Assembly: GCA_965197585.1 (NCBI GenBank)
Contig: OZ240215.1
Span: 256,001-320,000, forward strand
Source of the DNA: Dehalococcoidia bacterium
GTDB lineage: Bacteria > Chloroflexota > Dehalococcoidia > Plut-88900
Direction of reading: 5' to 3'
Length of the DNA: 64,000 nucleotides
Part shown: one piece after another, positions 21,142 to 31,403 of the stretch
Numbering within the stretch: position 1 is the first letter of the stretch
Layout: the number at the start of each line of letters is the position of its first letter
Notes under the pieces: generated by a model
What the model was told of the DNA's origin: nothing
What the model saw: only the letters and a program-made list of their open reading frames with translations
Database searches by the model: none
Position numbers and translations under genes: made by a program

Positions 21142-21640
21142 TGCCGTCGGCCTCTTTCGGTCGGGCGATGACTATCGCTCCGATCATGGCGGCCAATAGC
21201 AAAACGGAAGCAACCTCGAAGGGGAGGACGAAACGGTTGAACAGGGCGTCGGCAAGGAGGTTGGTCGTCGAGTCGGGTGGGGTCTCCGACGATAAAGGCC
21301 AGTCGGTCGTGAAGATGGCGACGATGATGGCTGAGAAGATAACTCCGGCTAGGAAAGCCCCGGGCGCCGAGAGCCGGTTGGATGGATTGCCCTGCTGTGT
21401 GTCCCTGGTAAGCATGATGGCGAATATCAGAAGCACCGATATCGCGCCGACATATATCAGGACTTGGGCAACTGCCAGGAAGTCGGCCTGCAGGATTATG
21501 TATATGCCTGCAACTGCCAGGAAGGACAATATGAGGAATAGGGACGCACGGAAGATATCCCGCAGAAGGACCACCGCTGCAGAGGAAATCACCGCAAGGG
21601 AGGCGAGAATCCAGAAGGCTATGGCTATGCCGACTTCCAT
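21134..21640 (-). CDS. nuoJ: Complex I subunit J
   Basis: AQVLIYVGAI, PFEVASVLLL. Confidence 0.95.
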   Translation of the reverse strand: MEVGIAIAFWILASLAVISSAAVVLLRDIFRASLFLILSFLAVAGIYIILQADFLAVAQVLIYVGAISVLLIFAIMLTRDTQQGNPSNRLSAPGAFLAGVIFSAIIVAIFTTDWPLSSETPPDSTTNLLADALFNRFVLPFEVASVLLLAAMIGAIVIARPKEADGND

Positions 21641-21652
21641 GCGCTGGCTTCT

Positions 21653-22210
21653 CTATCTCTCTCCGCTTTCGGGGGATTGGGGTGTGGGCTCACCGTCGTT
21701 GGCCCAGCGGCCCTTCCAGGAGCGCCCTGCGCCGTCGGAAGGGAGGGAATACTCTGGCAGATATCGGGTGCCGTCCAGGTTGGGACGGAAGAAAGCGCTT
21801 GGCCTTTTGTCTCGTTCTCGTAGATCGTCCACGTGGACTACCATGTCGGTGCGGGTGTAGACGGCCCGCTCGAACCCCGAGCCCATGAACAGGGCGTCGT
21901 AGGGGCACGCCTCGACGCACAACCCGCAAAACATGCAGCGTCCGGTGTCTATGTCGAAAACGTCTATAGCGTAGTCCAGACCCTGCTTCCGATCACCCTC
22001 GGGGTGAGTCACTATCTTGATGGTGCCCAATGGGCAGTATTTGGCACAAGAAGCGCAGCCTGTGCAGCGGTCTTCGTACCAGGTGAACTCGTATCCGCGG
22101 AACCGGGTGCCGCGCGTGACCATCTCTTCGGGGTACTGGACGGTGAAGGGCTTCCTGAAGAGGTGCTTGAAGGTAACGATCATCCCTTTTGCAATTCCCA
22201 AGCCGTACAT
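21653..22210 (-). CDS. nuoI: Complex I subunit I
   Basis: TVQYPEE; two CxxCxxCxxxCP motifs. Confidence 0.93.
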   Translation of the reverse strand: MYGLGIAKGMIVTFKHLFRKPFTVQYPEEMVTRGTRFRGYEFTWYEDRCTGCASCAKYCPLGTIKIVTHPEGDRKQGLDYAIDVFDIDTGRCMFCGLCVEACPYDALFMGSGFERAVYTRTDMVVHVDDLRERDKRPSAFFRPNLDGTRYLPEYSLPSDGAGRSWKGRWANDGEPTPQSPESGER

Positions 22211-23418
22211 TATTCACTACCTCCGGCTACAGGCCTGGACAGGGCTGCGAGCCGTTCGGAGCCTCCGGACACTACCTGGCGAGTCTGGCCTTGGAAGCCG
22301 ATGAGCTTGTGCAGCATTGCGACCAGGCCTATCGCAATGACAATGTTCACTGGTATTAGCCACGGGGGAAGGCCGTCCGACCAGACGACCACCTGCACCG
22401 CAGTAATGGCCGCGTTAAGCAGGGCGAGTGGGAACAGGAACTTCCATGCGAAGGTCATAACCTGGTCTACTCGGAGTCTCGGCAGCGTGGCCCGAGTCCA
22501 TACGAAGATGCCGAATATGAAGAATATCTTGACCAGCAGCCAGAGGTACCCCGGCAGACCCGGCCCCTCCCAGCCGCTCAGGTATAACGTGGCCATCACA
22601 GCGGAGTAACCGACAAGGGAGATGCCCTCTGCAGTCAGGAACATGACGAACTTCACGCCACTGTACTCGGTGTGAATCCCCGCTATGATTTCCGACTCGG
22701 CCTCCATCAGGTCGAACGGCGAGCGGTTGAGCTCGGCGGAGACCGCCATGAAGAAGATGATGAATCCCAGCGGTTGGAACAGAATGAGCGGCCAACTGCT
22801 CTGGACTCCAACGATGTCGTTTAGCGCCATGGAACCGGCGATGAGCACGACTCCCATGACGGAGATGACCAGCGGAATTTCGTAGCTGACCAGTTGGGCC
22901 ACAGCCCGCATCGCTCCAAAGAGGGCGTATTTGTTGTTCGATGCCCACCCGGCCATGAAGACCCCTATGGTTTCCATGGCCGTTACGGCGACTATAAAAA
23001 GAATGCCGACATTCAGATTGGTGAGATAGGTCTCCCCGCCGAACGGTATTACGGTGAACATGAGCAGGGCAGGTACCATCACGGCCACGGGAGCGAGGGT
23101 GAATACCAGCTTATCCGCCCCCCTGGGGATGATGTCCTCTTTGGTCATGATCTTTATGGCGTCGGCTATGGGCTGTAGAACGCCAAATGGCCCGACTCGG
23201 TTGGGCCCGACCCGGTTTTGGAACCTGCCAAGTAGGCGCCTCTCCAGAAAGATGAGAATGGGGACGAGCACCATCGGAATGTTGACGAGCACCAATATGC
23301 TGAGCAGCCCGAGCACCAGGTAGGTAACCCAGCCCTCCGCTGATTCGGGCACGACGGCCTCGATCCACCCGCGAATTACTTCGCCCAGCTCTCTCCAGAA
23401 CTCGTAGAACCAGTCCAC
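22210..23418 (-). CDS. nuoH: Complex I subunit H
   Basis: QNRVGPNRVG, NRSPFDL.EAESE, TLPRLRVDQ. Confidence 0.96.
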   Translation of the reverse strand: MDWFYEFWRELGEVIRGWIEAVVPESAEGWVTYLVLGLLSILVLVNIPMVLVPILIFLERRLLGRFQNRVGPNRVGPFGVLQPIADAIKIMTKEDIIPRGADKLVFTLAPVAVMVPALLMFTVIPFGGETYLTNLNVGILFIVAVTAMETIGVFMAGWASNNKYALFGAMRAVAQLVSYEIPLVISVMGVVLIAGSMALNDIVGVQSSWPLILFQPLGFIIFFMAVSAELNRSPFDLMEAESEIIAGIHTEYSGVKFVMFLTAEGISLVGYSAVMATLYLSGWEGPGLPGYLWLLVKIFFIFGIFVWTRATLPRLRVDQVMTFAWKFLFPLALLNAAITAVQVVVWSDGLPPWLIPVNIVIAIGLVAMLHKLIGFQGQTRQVVSGGSERLAALSRPVAGGSE

Positions 23419-24521
23419 TAGCGGTCCACCTCGCCCATGTTGATATCTATGCTGCCAAGGATGACGATGAGGTCGGCCAGTTTCCAGCCTATTGATAATT
23501 CTCGCAGGACGGTTAGGTTAATGAAAGAAGGGGCCCTGATCTTGCAGCGATATGGGGAGATTGCACCGTCGCTCACTAGGTAAAACCCGAGCTCACCCTT
23601 GGGGGCTTCCACGTGGGCGTAGGCCTCGCCGACCGGAGGTCTGATTAGAGCCGGGGCCGTTGCCCGGAACCTGCCCCCGGGTATCTGCTCCATCGCCTGC
23701 TTCACGATGCGAACGCTCTCCCGCATCTCCTCCAACCGGACGAGGAAACGATCGTAGGTGTCTCCGGTAGCGCCTACGGGCACGTCGAAGTCGAAACGGT
23801 CGTAGACTTCATACGGATCGGATTTGCGGAGGTCCCAGTTCACCCCCGAGGCCCGCAGCATCGGCCCCGAGATCGAGGAGTTGATTGCCAGTTCTGGTGG
23901 GAGGATGGCTATGTCCTTGGTTCGGGAGACGATAATCTCGTTCTCCCGCAAAAGGGCCTCGTACTCGTCGATATATCCCGGCATCTCGTTGATGAACTTC
24001 GTGAGCGCGGGCGTGAACTCCGGTGGGAGGTCCCCGCTGACCCCGCCGATGCGCATGTAAGAGTAGGTTATCCGTGCCCCGCATACCATCTCAAAGAGGT
24101 CCAGAATCTTCTCCCGCTCCCGGAACATGTACATCAAGGGTGTCGCTAGAGCCCCGAGATCGTTGATGAAGAAACCGAGGGCCATGCAATGGCTGGCGAT
24201 ACGCATCAGCTCTGCCATGATGACCCGGATGTACATCGCCCGTTCCGGCGGCTCGATGCCCGCAAGCTTTTCGGCTGCCAGGACGTATGCGAGGTTGTTA
24301 GACATGGAGGCCAGGTAGTCCAGCCTATCGGTTAGGGTGATTATCTGGGTGTAGGTGCGCTCCTCGGCCAGCTTCTCGGTGCCGCGGTGCAGGTACCCGA
24401 ATACGGGCTCCAGGTCGGTAACTACCTCGCCGTCGAAGGTGACACGCATCCTGAACACACCGTGGGTGCTCGGGTGCTGCGGCCCGATGTTGACCATCAC
24501 CTCTTCGGTCTTAAGGGTCAC
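23418..24521 (-). CDS. nuoD: Complex I subunit D
   Basis: [26 protein letters not shown]. Confidence 0.97.
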   Translation of the reverse strand: MTLKTEEVMVNIGPQHPSTHGVFRMRVTFDGEVVTDLEPVFGYLHRGTEKLAEERTYTQIITLTDRLDYLASMSNNLAYVLAAEKLAGIEPPERAMYIRVIMAELMRIASHCMALGFFINDLGALATPLMYMFREREKILDLFEMVCGARITYSYMRIGGVSGDLPPEFTPALTKFINEMPGYIDEYEALLRENEIIVSRTKDIAILPPELAINSSISGPMLRASGVNWDLRKSDPYEVYDRFDFDVPVGATGDTYDRFLVRLEEMRESVRIVKQAMEQIPGGRFRATAPALIRPPVGEAYAHVEAPKGELGFYLVSDGAISPYRCKIRAPSFINLTVLRELSIGWKLADLIVILGSIDINMGEVDR

Positions 24522-24579
24522 CGTGTCCTCAATTCATTCATGGTGGTTGGAACCATCACCGCCGACAGAAATATTGCGG

Positions 24580-25026
24580 CTATGCGTTGGTAAAGTCCTT
24601 GCGGTGAGGATGGCCCGGGAAGCCCTCCCACAGCATTATACGTTTCAGATCGGGATGTCCTTCGAAAGCGATGCCCATCAGGTCGTAAACTTCCCGCTCC
24701 TGGAGCAGGGCGCCGTGCCAGATGTCTGTCACCGAAGGCACGGACGGTGACTCCCTCGTAAAGGCCCGAGTCTTCAGGACAACCGAGTGATTGTGCTTTA
24801 TCGATAAGAGATGGTACACGACCTCGAAGTGGTCTATGTAGTCCACCCCCGTGACGCCAACAAGGAAATCGAATGCCAGATCGGGGTCCTCATAACAGTG
24901 ACGGGCCACCTTGGCGAGGGTGTCGGTGGATACGACCAGCGCGTTCCCGCCAGCTTCCATCACCGAGCCGGGGAAACGGTCCTGAATACTCCGGGCGAGG
25001 TCTTGGGCATTAAGCTCGGTGGTCAC
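24580..25026 (-). CDS. nuoC: Complex I subunit C
   Basis: EREVYDLMGIAFEGHPDL, GHPHRKD. Confidence 0.95.
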   Translation of the reverse strand: MTTELNAQDLARSIQDRFPGSVMEAGGNALVVSTDTLAKVARHCYEDPDLAFDFLVGVTGVDYIDHFEVVYHLLSIKHNHSVVLKTRAFTRESPSVPSVTDIWHGALLQEREVYDLMGIAFEGHPDLKRIMLWEGFPGHPHRKDFTNA

Positions 25027-25032
25027 TTTAGG

Positions 25033-25647
25033 CTAGCTCTTCGTCTTGGCAATGCTATATTTCTTGATCTTTGCCTGCAGCTGCATCAGGCCGTACAGGA
25101 GGGCGTCCGGGCGGGGTGGACAGCCGGGTACATAGACGTCCACCGGGACAATGCGGTTGACTCCGGGCACCACCGAATAGGACTCGTAGTAGGGCCCGCC
25201 TGAGGTGGCGCACACGCCCATGGATATGACCCACTTGGGATCGGCCATCTGCTCGTATATGCGCTTGACGGGAACTGCCATCTTCCAAGTGAGGGTGCCC
25301 GCGACGATCATGAGATCGGCCTGCCGAGGCGTCGCCCGGAAAGCCTCCGACCCGAAACGTGCGATGTCATATCGGGACATGGCCGCGCCGATCATTTCGA
25401 AAGAGCAGCACGCAAGACCAAAAGTGAGAGGCCAAACGGCGTTTCGCCGACCCCAGTTCAGTATGTAATCGACGCTCGTGACAAGTATGCTGCGCTTCAG
25501 GTCGGCCGGCACCTCAATCACAGGGTCCGGGTTCGGGAACTGAGACGCCGCCTTGAGGGCGTTGACCTCTTCGCCTTCAGCAAGATCAAGGGCCTGAACG
25601 TCGATTGAGGTGCCTAGAATGGGAAGATTCCCCTTGTTGCCTTGCAT
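25033..25647 (-). CDS. nuoB: Complex I subunit B
   Basis: [18 protein letters not shown]. Confidence 0.96.
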   Translation of the reverse strand: MQGNKGNLPILGTSIDVQALDLAEGEEVNALKAASQFPNPDPVIEVPADLKRSILVTSVDYILNWGRRNAVWPLTFGLACCSFEMIGAAMSRYDIARFGSEAFRATPRQADLMIVAGTLTWKMAVPVKRIYEQMADPKWVISMGVCATSGGPYYESYSVVPGVNRIVPVDVYVPGCPPRPDALLYGLMQLQAKIKKYSIAKTKS

Positions 25648-25651
25648 GACT

Positions 25652-26023
25652 TTAGCTCCACTCCAGGGCTTTCTTCCGCCATGCGTAGGCGTAGCCGATA
25701 AGCAGGATGACGATGAAAATTCCCATCTCTATGAGTCCGAATACCTTCAGCTGGTCAAGGTGGACAGCCCAGGGGAATAAAAAGATAACCTCCACGTCGA
25801 ATATGACGAAGAGAAGAGCGATGAAGTAGTAACGGAAGTTGAACCGGATCCAGGATCCCCCGACCGTCCGCATCCCCGACTCATAGGTATCGAGCTTCAC
25901 GGGGGTCGGATTGCTAGGTCTGATCCTGACCAGGGACAATGCCCAGGGCAACAGGATCATCGAGATTGGGATAAAGGTTGCTAGAAGAAGGAAGAGACCT
26001 ATATAGCCGTAGTCGGCCAGCAC
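25652..26023 (-). CDS. nuoA: Complex I subunit A
   Basis: YESG, FVIFDVE, LEW. Confidence 0.95.
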   Translation of the reverse strand: MLADYGYIGLFLLLATFIPISMILLPWALSLVRIRPSNPTPVKLDTYESGMRTVGGSWIRFNFRYYFIALLFVIFDVEVIFLFPWAVHLDQLKVFGLIEMGIFIVILLIGYAYAWRKKALEWS

Positions 26024-26206
26024 CTAAAGCCTCCCCGGAAAAGTTGGCCCGAATATAGCATAGGGGCCATGTCGGTGCAAGTGAAAAGCCGCACAATAGC
26101 CTATTACCTCAGGGGTCGGGAACACATAATCAGGTAGCTGTTGACTACCCCCCGACCCACCAGTTAGATTGACCCCCAATCCCGCACAAAGGAGCCGCCT
26201 TAAGCA

Positions 26207-26824
26207 ATGATCCTCAGAGTCGTGGTGGTCGGGCCATACCAGGAGAACACCTACATAATCGGGTCGGACGAGACCCAGGAAGCCGCAATCGTAGATGCGG
26301 GCGCCGAGTGGCGTTCGATTATGAGTGCCGTGGAGGACTCGGGGCTGAAGGTTAAATACCTTCTCACCACCCACGGCCACGAGGACCACATCGGCGCCGT
26401 GGCCGACATGGTGGACGCCACCAACGCTCCCTTCGCCATCCACGAAAATGACGTCTACATGCTCGAAAAGCCCCCCGACTCCGCCTCCATAATTCCCGGC
26501 TTCCGCAACCCGCCCGAACCCGACCTCTACCTGAAAGAAGGCGACACAGTCGAGATTGGAGACCTCTCCTTTTCGGTAATCGAGACTCACGGGCATACTC
26601 CTGGGGGGATTTCGTACTACGGTCACGGGTTGGTCTTCACCGGCGACACCCTGTTCAGGGGCAGCGTCGGTCGCACCGACTTCGAAGGGGGAGATTGGGA
26701 GCAGCTGATCGAGAGTATAAAGACAAAGCTGTTGACCCTTCCTCCGGACACAGTAGTCCTTCCCGGCCACGGGCCCCACTCGAGCGTCGGAGCGGAGGCC
26801 GAGTGGAACCCATTCTTGAAATAG
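26207..26824 (+). CDS. MBL-fold metallohydrolase (glyoxalase II-like)
   Basis: THGHEDH, GHTPG, FTGDTLF, PGHG. Confidence 0.93.
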   Translation: MILRVVVVGPYQENTYIIGSDETQEAAIVDAGAEWRSIMSAVEDSGLKVKYLLTTHGHEDHIGAVADMVDATNAPFAIHENDVYMLEKPPDSASIIPGFRNPPEPDLYLKEGDTVEIGDLSFSVIETHGHTPGGISYYGHGLVFTGDTLFRGSVGRTDFEGGDWEQLIESIKTKLLTLPPDTVVLPGHGPHSSVGAEAEWNPFLK

Positions 26825-26840
26825 GCCCCAAATCCCCCAA

Positions 26841-26928
26841 CCCCAAGGGTGCAGTGGGGAGTCCCGTCCCCTCTCCCTCGATGGGAGAGGGCTAGGGCCG
26901 TAGGCTCGCCTAGGTGAGTGAGGGTGAT
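26841..26928. repeat. REP/MITE-like palindromic intergenic repeat, copy 1
   Basis: CCCTCTCCC-tcgat-GGGAGAGGG; 42-nt block 26887-26928 nearly identical to 31362-31403. Confidence 0.75.
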
Positions 26929-26990
26929 AGTAGTTCGCTAAAATACATGACGCACAGTTATCCAACGCTCTCTGGCACGGGAGAAACAGA

Positions 26991-27992
26991 ATGGAATTTG
27001 GCTTAAACCTCAGAAACTTCATGGCCGACCCCAATCGGCCTATGCACGATCAGATCGAAGAGACCGCCAAGCTGCTGAGCCTTGGAGAGGAGCTAGGCTT
27101 CTGGGGTGCCTACGCCCCCGAGCATTGGGTCTCCCACCCGACCAGGTGGGTCTCTCCCATGCCTCTACTGGGTCGGCTGGCTGCCGCCGGATCCAAGATC
27201 AGGCTGATCACCGGTGTGCTCCTTATGCCCCTCCACAACCCCGTCGATATCGCAGAACAGACCATAGCGTTGGACCAGATTTCCAACGGGAGATTCATCC
27301 TAGGCCTGGGGCTCGGGTACCGGGAGAAGGAGCTTGAGATAGTCGGCTCTAACCGCTCGGAGAGAGTAGGCAGGCTCGAAGAATCCATAGAACTGATGAA
27401 GATGCTGTGGTCGGGGGAAGAGGTGACGTATCGCGGGCGCTATTTCAGGGCGACGGGTGCTCAAATGGGAATAAGGCCCGTGCATTCTCCGCGCCCGCCC
27501 ATCTGGCTGGCTTGCCAGGGCCGCCGAGCCGCGAGCAGAGCGGCCCGCATCGCCGACGCCTGTCTTGTCGGTCCCTACGTCAGCTGGGCCGACCACGAGT
27601 CCCTCGCCACCATATACTGGGAGGAACTTCAGCAGCAGGGAAAAGAAGCCGATGGGTTCTATGCCGGTCACCGTTGTATCAGCTTCGACTCAGACCGTGA
27701 GTCGGCTATCAGGTCTGCGAAAGAATCGGCGGAGGCAACGGCGGCGGTCTACGGAGGCTGGGGAATGCAGGAGCGCACCGCCGTAGACCTCGGCTTGGAC
27801 AAGATGCGCAACCTCGATGAGTGGGCCATAGTCGGCAATGCCGAGCAGTGTGCAGAGCAGATCGCCGAACATCGAGACAAGTCCTGCTCAGGCTACATGG
27901 CCTTCACATTCCTGAACCTGCCCGCAGACCTTCCTGCTCGGCGTGAATATCTGCAGAGGGCATGGGAAGAAGTGCTGCAAGACCTGACCTAG
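26991..27992 (+). CDS. LLM-class flavin-dependent oxidoreductase
   Basis: AEQTIALDQISNGRFILGLGLGY, RPPIW. Confidence 0.9.
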   Translation: MEFGLNLRNFMADPNRPMHDQIEETAKLLSLGEELGFWGAYAPEHWVSHPTRWVSPMPLLGRLAAAGSKIRLITGVLLMPLHNPVDIAEQTIALDQISNGRFILGLGLGYREKELEIVGSNRSERVGRLEESIELMKMLWSGEEVTYRGRYFRATGAQMGIRPVHSPRPPIWLACQGRRAASRAARIADACLVGPYVSWADHESLATIYWEELQQQGKEADGFYAGHRCISFDSDRESAIRSAKESAEATAAVYGGWGMQERTAVDLGLDKMRNLDEWAIVGNAEQCAEQIAEHRDKSCSGYMAFTFLNLPADLPARREYLQRAWEEVLQDLT

Positions 27993-28003
27993 AAGGGACA
28001 TCC

Positions 28004-28657
28004 TCAACTTCCCAATGCATTCACAATTTGACGAGCCACAAGATATATGTCTCCTGTTGGTTCATGGATGATCTTTTGGTCAATTCCAACTGGAATCCTC
28101 TGCCCAACCCAATACCGATGTCCGGCTGAAAGGAGCATGGGGATGTCCCCGCTCGAATCCCCCACGGCGGCCACGTTCCTCATATTAACGCCGAGATTGT
28201 CAGCCAGTCTTGCCAGCCAATGCGCCTTGTCTTTAGGCCAGAATGGGGTTACCAGCCCGCTAGATGAAAGCCCTGTCCCAACTGAAAAATCCGCTCCAAA
28301 CTTGTCGGCAAACCACTCCACTGCGAACTCCCACGTGAGCGACACAATGGCTATCTTGAAGCCTCGGTCACGGAGCAAAGTAAAACTCTCAACTACTCCG
28401 GGCGCAACGCGGATTGTGGGGAGATGCTTGCGCAGATCATCGAACGAGAACTGGGAATACCATTCTGCAATCTCCTCCCTCGCCGCCGTTATCTCCTCAA
28501 CCTGCTCGGAAGTCAACTGCTCTAATTCGCGCATCCGCTGGATACGTCCAATGCCCTTTGCGATGGCCTCGCAGACGGTCTGTCCCCATAGCAAAGTTCC
28601 ATCCAGATCAAAGGCTGCCAGCCTTATGGGGCGATTTTCTTCCACGGCGTCGGTCAT
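28004..28657 (-). CDS. HAD-family hydrolase (SerB-like)
   Basis: AFDLDGTL, GDSSGD. Confidence 0.88.
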   Translation of the reverse strand: MTDAVEENRPIRLAAFDLDGTLLWGQTVCEAIAKGIGRIQRMRELEQLTSEQVEEITAAREEIAEWYSQFSFDDLRKHLPTIRVAPGVVESFTLLRDRGFKIAIVSLTWEFAVEWFADKFGADFSVGTGLSSSGLVTPFWPKDKAHWLARLADNLGVNMRNVAAVGDSSGDIPMLLSAGHRYWVGQRIPVGIDQKIIHEPTGDIYLVARQIVNALGS

Positions 28658-28687
28658 GAGTTTCCTGGGCGCTTAACTACTGTTTAC

Positions 28688-29803
28688 CTAACTCATCGGA
28701 AACCCGTACAGCTTTGCCGCGTTCTCCCCGACAATCTTCCGCGTCTCTTCCTCCGGCAGCTCACTGAATGTCCGATCTATAACTTCCCTGGAATGCGGGA
28801 AGGTTCCTTCGTCGTGGGGATAGTCGCTGCCCCACATCAGGCAGTCCACCCCGGTAATGTCCCGGTTCCTCAAACCAACCTCATCATCCCCGAACGTCAC
28901 GTATCCTTGCCTCTTCCAATACTCACTCGGCTTCAGAGACAGTTTGGGCTGCTGCCACATGTGCCTCTTGTCGTAGAGTTCATCCAGCACGTTTAGGTAC
29001 CACGCCAGCCAGCCTATCCCACACTCAACCAGTACGAAATTCAATTCTGGATGCCTCTCCAGCACCCCCGATGCCGTTAGCATTGTCAACGGAGCCATCG
29101 CTACCGTCATCCCCAGTCCTATGTAGATCAGGCCCGCCCCGTGGGAGTTCTCCTCCCCCATGTCCTCCGGTATCGGGTCTGTCCCGGTAAATACGTGAAA
29201 GCTCAGGGGGACTTTCACGTCGTCCATCGCATCCCAGAACTTTTCGTAGTCGGGCCTGTTGTATGGCAGGTTGGACAGAAGCACCGGCAGGGAGAACGAC
29301 CTGTATCCGAGCTTGGCCGTGCGCCGTGCTTCCTTCACGGATCCTTCAATGTCTCCCATGGGAATCATCGCGGAGGGTACGAACCTGTTCATGTTGTCGG
29401 CGAAGACCTCGTGGTACCAATCGTTGTAGAGGCGGCTGAATGCCACCTGGTACCCGGGGTCCGGAGAGGCCAGGGCATTGAATATGCCATTGGGATATAT
29501 GACCTCCGCACTCACCCCGTCCTCTTCCAGGTCGGCTATCCTCAGCGGCAGATCGGTGCCCGCCTCCCTCCCCTGCCCCGCCCCTTCATCGCTCCTGAAC
29601 TCCCGCCGCTTGTCTTCCTCGGTGAGCTGTGATATTGCGATGTCCTGCCTTAGCGGCCTTTGCCCGTCCTGGATATAGTAAATGCCTCCGTTCCTCTCCT
29701 CCGTCCGGGGCGCGCGCCTTCGGTACTCCTCCGGCAGCTGCTCGAACAGGCTTGACGGCTCCGATGCATGTGAGTCCGCCGAAATTATCATCAGGTCCGA
29801 CAT
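28688..29803 (-). CDS. Amidohydrolase_2-family metallohydrolase
   Basis: ISADSH, VECGIGW, WGSDYPH. Confidence 0.9.
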   Translation of the reverse strand: MSDLMIISADSHASEPSSLFEQLPEEYRRRAPRTEERNGGIYYIQDGQRPLRQDIAISQLTEEDKRREFRSDEGAGQGREAGTDLPLRIADLEEDGVSAEVIYPNGIFNALASPDPGYQVAFSRLYNDWYHEVFADNMNRFVPSAMIPMGDIEGSVKEARRTAKLGYRSFSLPVLLSNLPYNRPDYEKFWDAMDDVKVPLSFHVFTGTDPIPEDMGEENSHGAGLIYIGLGMTVAMAPLTMLTASGVLERHPELNFVLVECGIGWLAWYLNVLDELYDKRHMWQQPKLSLKPSEYWKRQGYVTFGDDEVGLRNRDITGVDCLMWGSDYPHDEGTFPHSREVIDRTFSELPEEETRKIVGENAAKLYGFPMS

Positions 29804-30026
29804 GTGGATCTCCCCCTTGAATTACCTGGTCCCGTGAGTATCTCATATTACCGAATACAGGTGCGCATTGCAGGTTAATTGTATACGCCGAGGCATAGCT
29901 GGTAGCAGCGCACGCAACCTTTCCGTACCTGCCTCCTGATTCTTGTACAATGCCGGAGACGACTGCGTTCAAGCCTCAGCGCATCCCGACTCTGCTCAGT
30001 AAGCACTAATAAAGAGGGCCTGATAC

Positions 30027-31163
30027 ATGAAGGTGGAACTGATCAATCCCCCCGGACTCGACACGTCGGGCGCCCTCTCCCAAGGCACGAGAGCCGGTGA
30101 CTGGATATTCGTCTCGGGGCAAAGGGCCCGGGACACGAATGGAAACACCGTCGGGATTGGTGATTTCGAAGCCCAGGCCGACCGTGCATTTCAATGTGTG
30201 GCTCAAGTCCTGGCGGAAGCCGGTGGCGACCTTTCCGACGTAGTCAAACTCACGGCCTACCTGGTCAATCCCCTCCATGTCCAGACCTTCCACAATATGT
30301 GCGCCCGCATGTTCCCCACCCATCCCCGCTCCGGCACTACGGCGGTTGTCGCATCCCTCTCCTCCCCCGATGCCCTGATCGAAATCGAAGCATGCGCCCG
30401 ACTCGGCCAAAATACCGAACGACTGCCACAGAGGACCGGACCTTTTGCTGCAGGGGTGAAGTCCGGCAACACCATCTTCATCTCGGGCCAAACCGCGGCA
30501 TGTCGGCAGGGCCAGGAACCTCCAACCGACTTCCCCTCCCAACTCCACGCCGTCTATCAAAACCTTGATGCCTCTCTCACCGACTTCGGAGCGGGCTTTA
30601 GCGACCTCGTGAAGATCAACTACTTCATCTCCAATCCCCTCTACTACCGAGAGCTGTATCGCATTCGAGAGGGGGGCTTCGAAGTGGACTGGCCCGGCGA
30701 CTCCGTGGTCTCCATCCGTGCCCTCGATGACCCTCATGCCCTTGTCGAAACCGACGCTGTTGCCCTCGCCCCCCCGTCGAAGGCCGAGTTCGTAAACTCC
30801 CCTGAACTGCCGCCTCCCTTCAACTTCAGCAACGTGGTCGTCGCCGACGGACTGGCCTATGTATCCGGCCAGGTGGCCCGGGACAAGGACAAAAACCTGG
30901 TACTTCCGGGAGACTTTGACGCCCAGTTTCGACAGGCCCTCAAGAACGTTGAAATAGCTCTCAACTCCGTAGGATGTAGCTTCGCGAATGCAGTGAAAGT
31001 CTCCTGCTTCATCAGTCACGCCGGTTACTTCGAACAATCGCTGGCAATAAGGAGTGAGGTCTTCCAGGGTCGACCCCCGGCGGTAACGAGCGTGGCCGTC
31101 GACAGCATGGGAGGCTTCCCCGAAGCCCTCTGCGAAATAGACGCCATCGCCGCTATTCCCTGA
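30027..31163 (+). CDS. Triple-domain Rid/YjgF-family protein
   Basis: Three FVSGQ...VK...EIEA/ETDA/EIDA modules. Confidence 0.88.
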   Translation: MKVELINPPGLDTSGALSQGTRAGDWIFVSGQRARDTNGNTVGIGDFEAQADRAFQCVAQVLAEAGGDLSDVVKLTAYLVNPLHVQTFHNMCARMFPTHPRSGTTAVVASLSSPDALIEIEACARLGQNTERLPQRTGPFAAGVKSGNTIFISGQTAACRQGQEPPTDFPSQLHAVYQNLDASLTDFGAGFSDLVKINYFISNPLYYRELYRIREGGFEVDWPGDSVVSIRALDDPHALVETDAVALAPPSKAEFVNSPELPPPFNFSNVVVADGLAYVSGQVARDKDKNLVLPGDFDAQFRQALKNVEIALNSVGCSFANAVKVSCFISHAGYFEQSLAIRSEVFQGRPPAVTSVAVDSMGGFPEALCEIDAIAAIP

Positions 31164-31253
31164 CCTAAAAACTACTACCCCATCTCCCTAGATGAACCCT
31201 TTGCATCACCGCCATTCCTGTGTAAGCAAACTAACGAAATATGGCACATCCAT

Positions 31254-31403
31254 CCCCAAGGGCGGGGCATTCCGCTCGCCCTGAGCTTAGTCGAAGGGTC
31301 TCAAGAGCGGAATGGGGGTCCCGACCCCTGCCCGGAGTTACGCAAAGGTCTCTCGAAGGGGGAGGGCTAGGGCCGTAGGCTCGCTGAGGAGAGTGAGGGT
31401 GAT
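31254..31403. repeat. REP/MITE-like repeat, copy 2, with nested inserts
   Basis: Shares CCCCAAGGG, GTCCCGnCCCCT and the 42-nt block with copy 1; carries CCCTGAGCTTAGTCGAAGGG. Confidence 0.7.
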
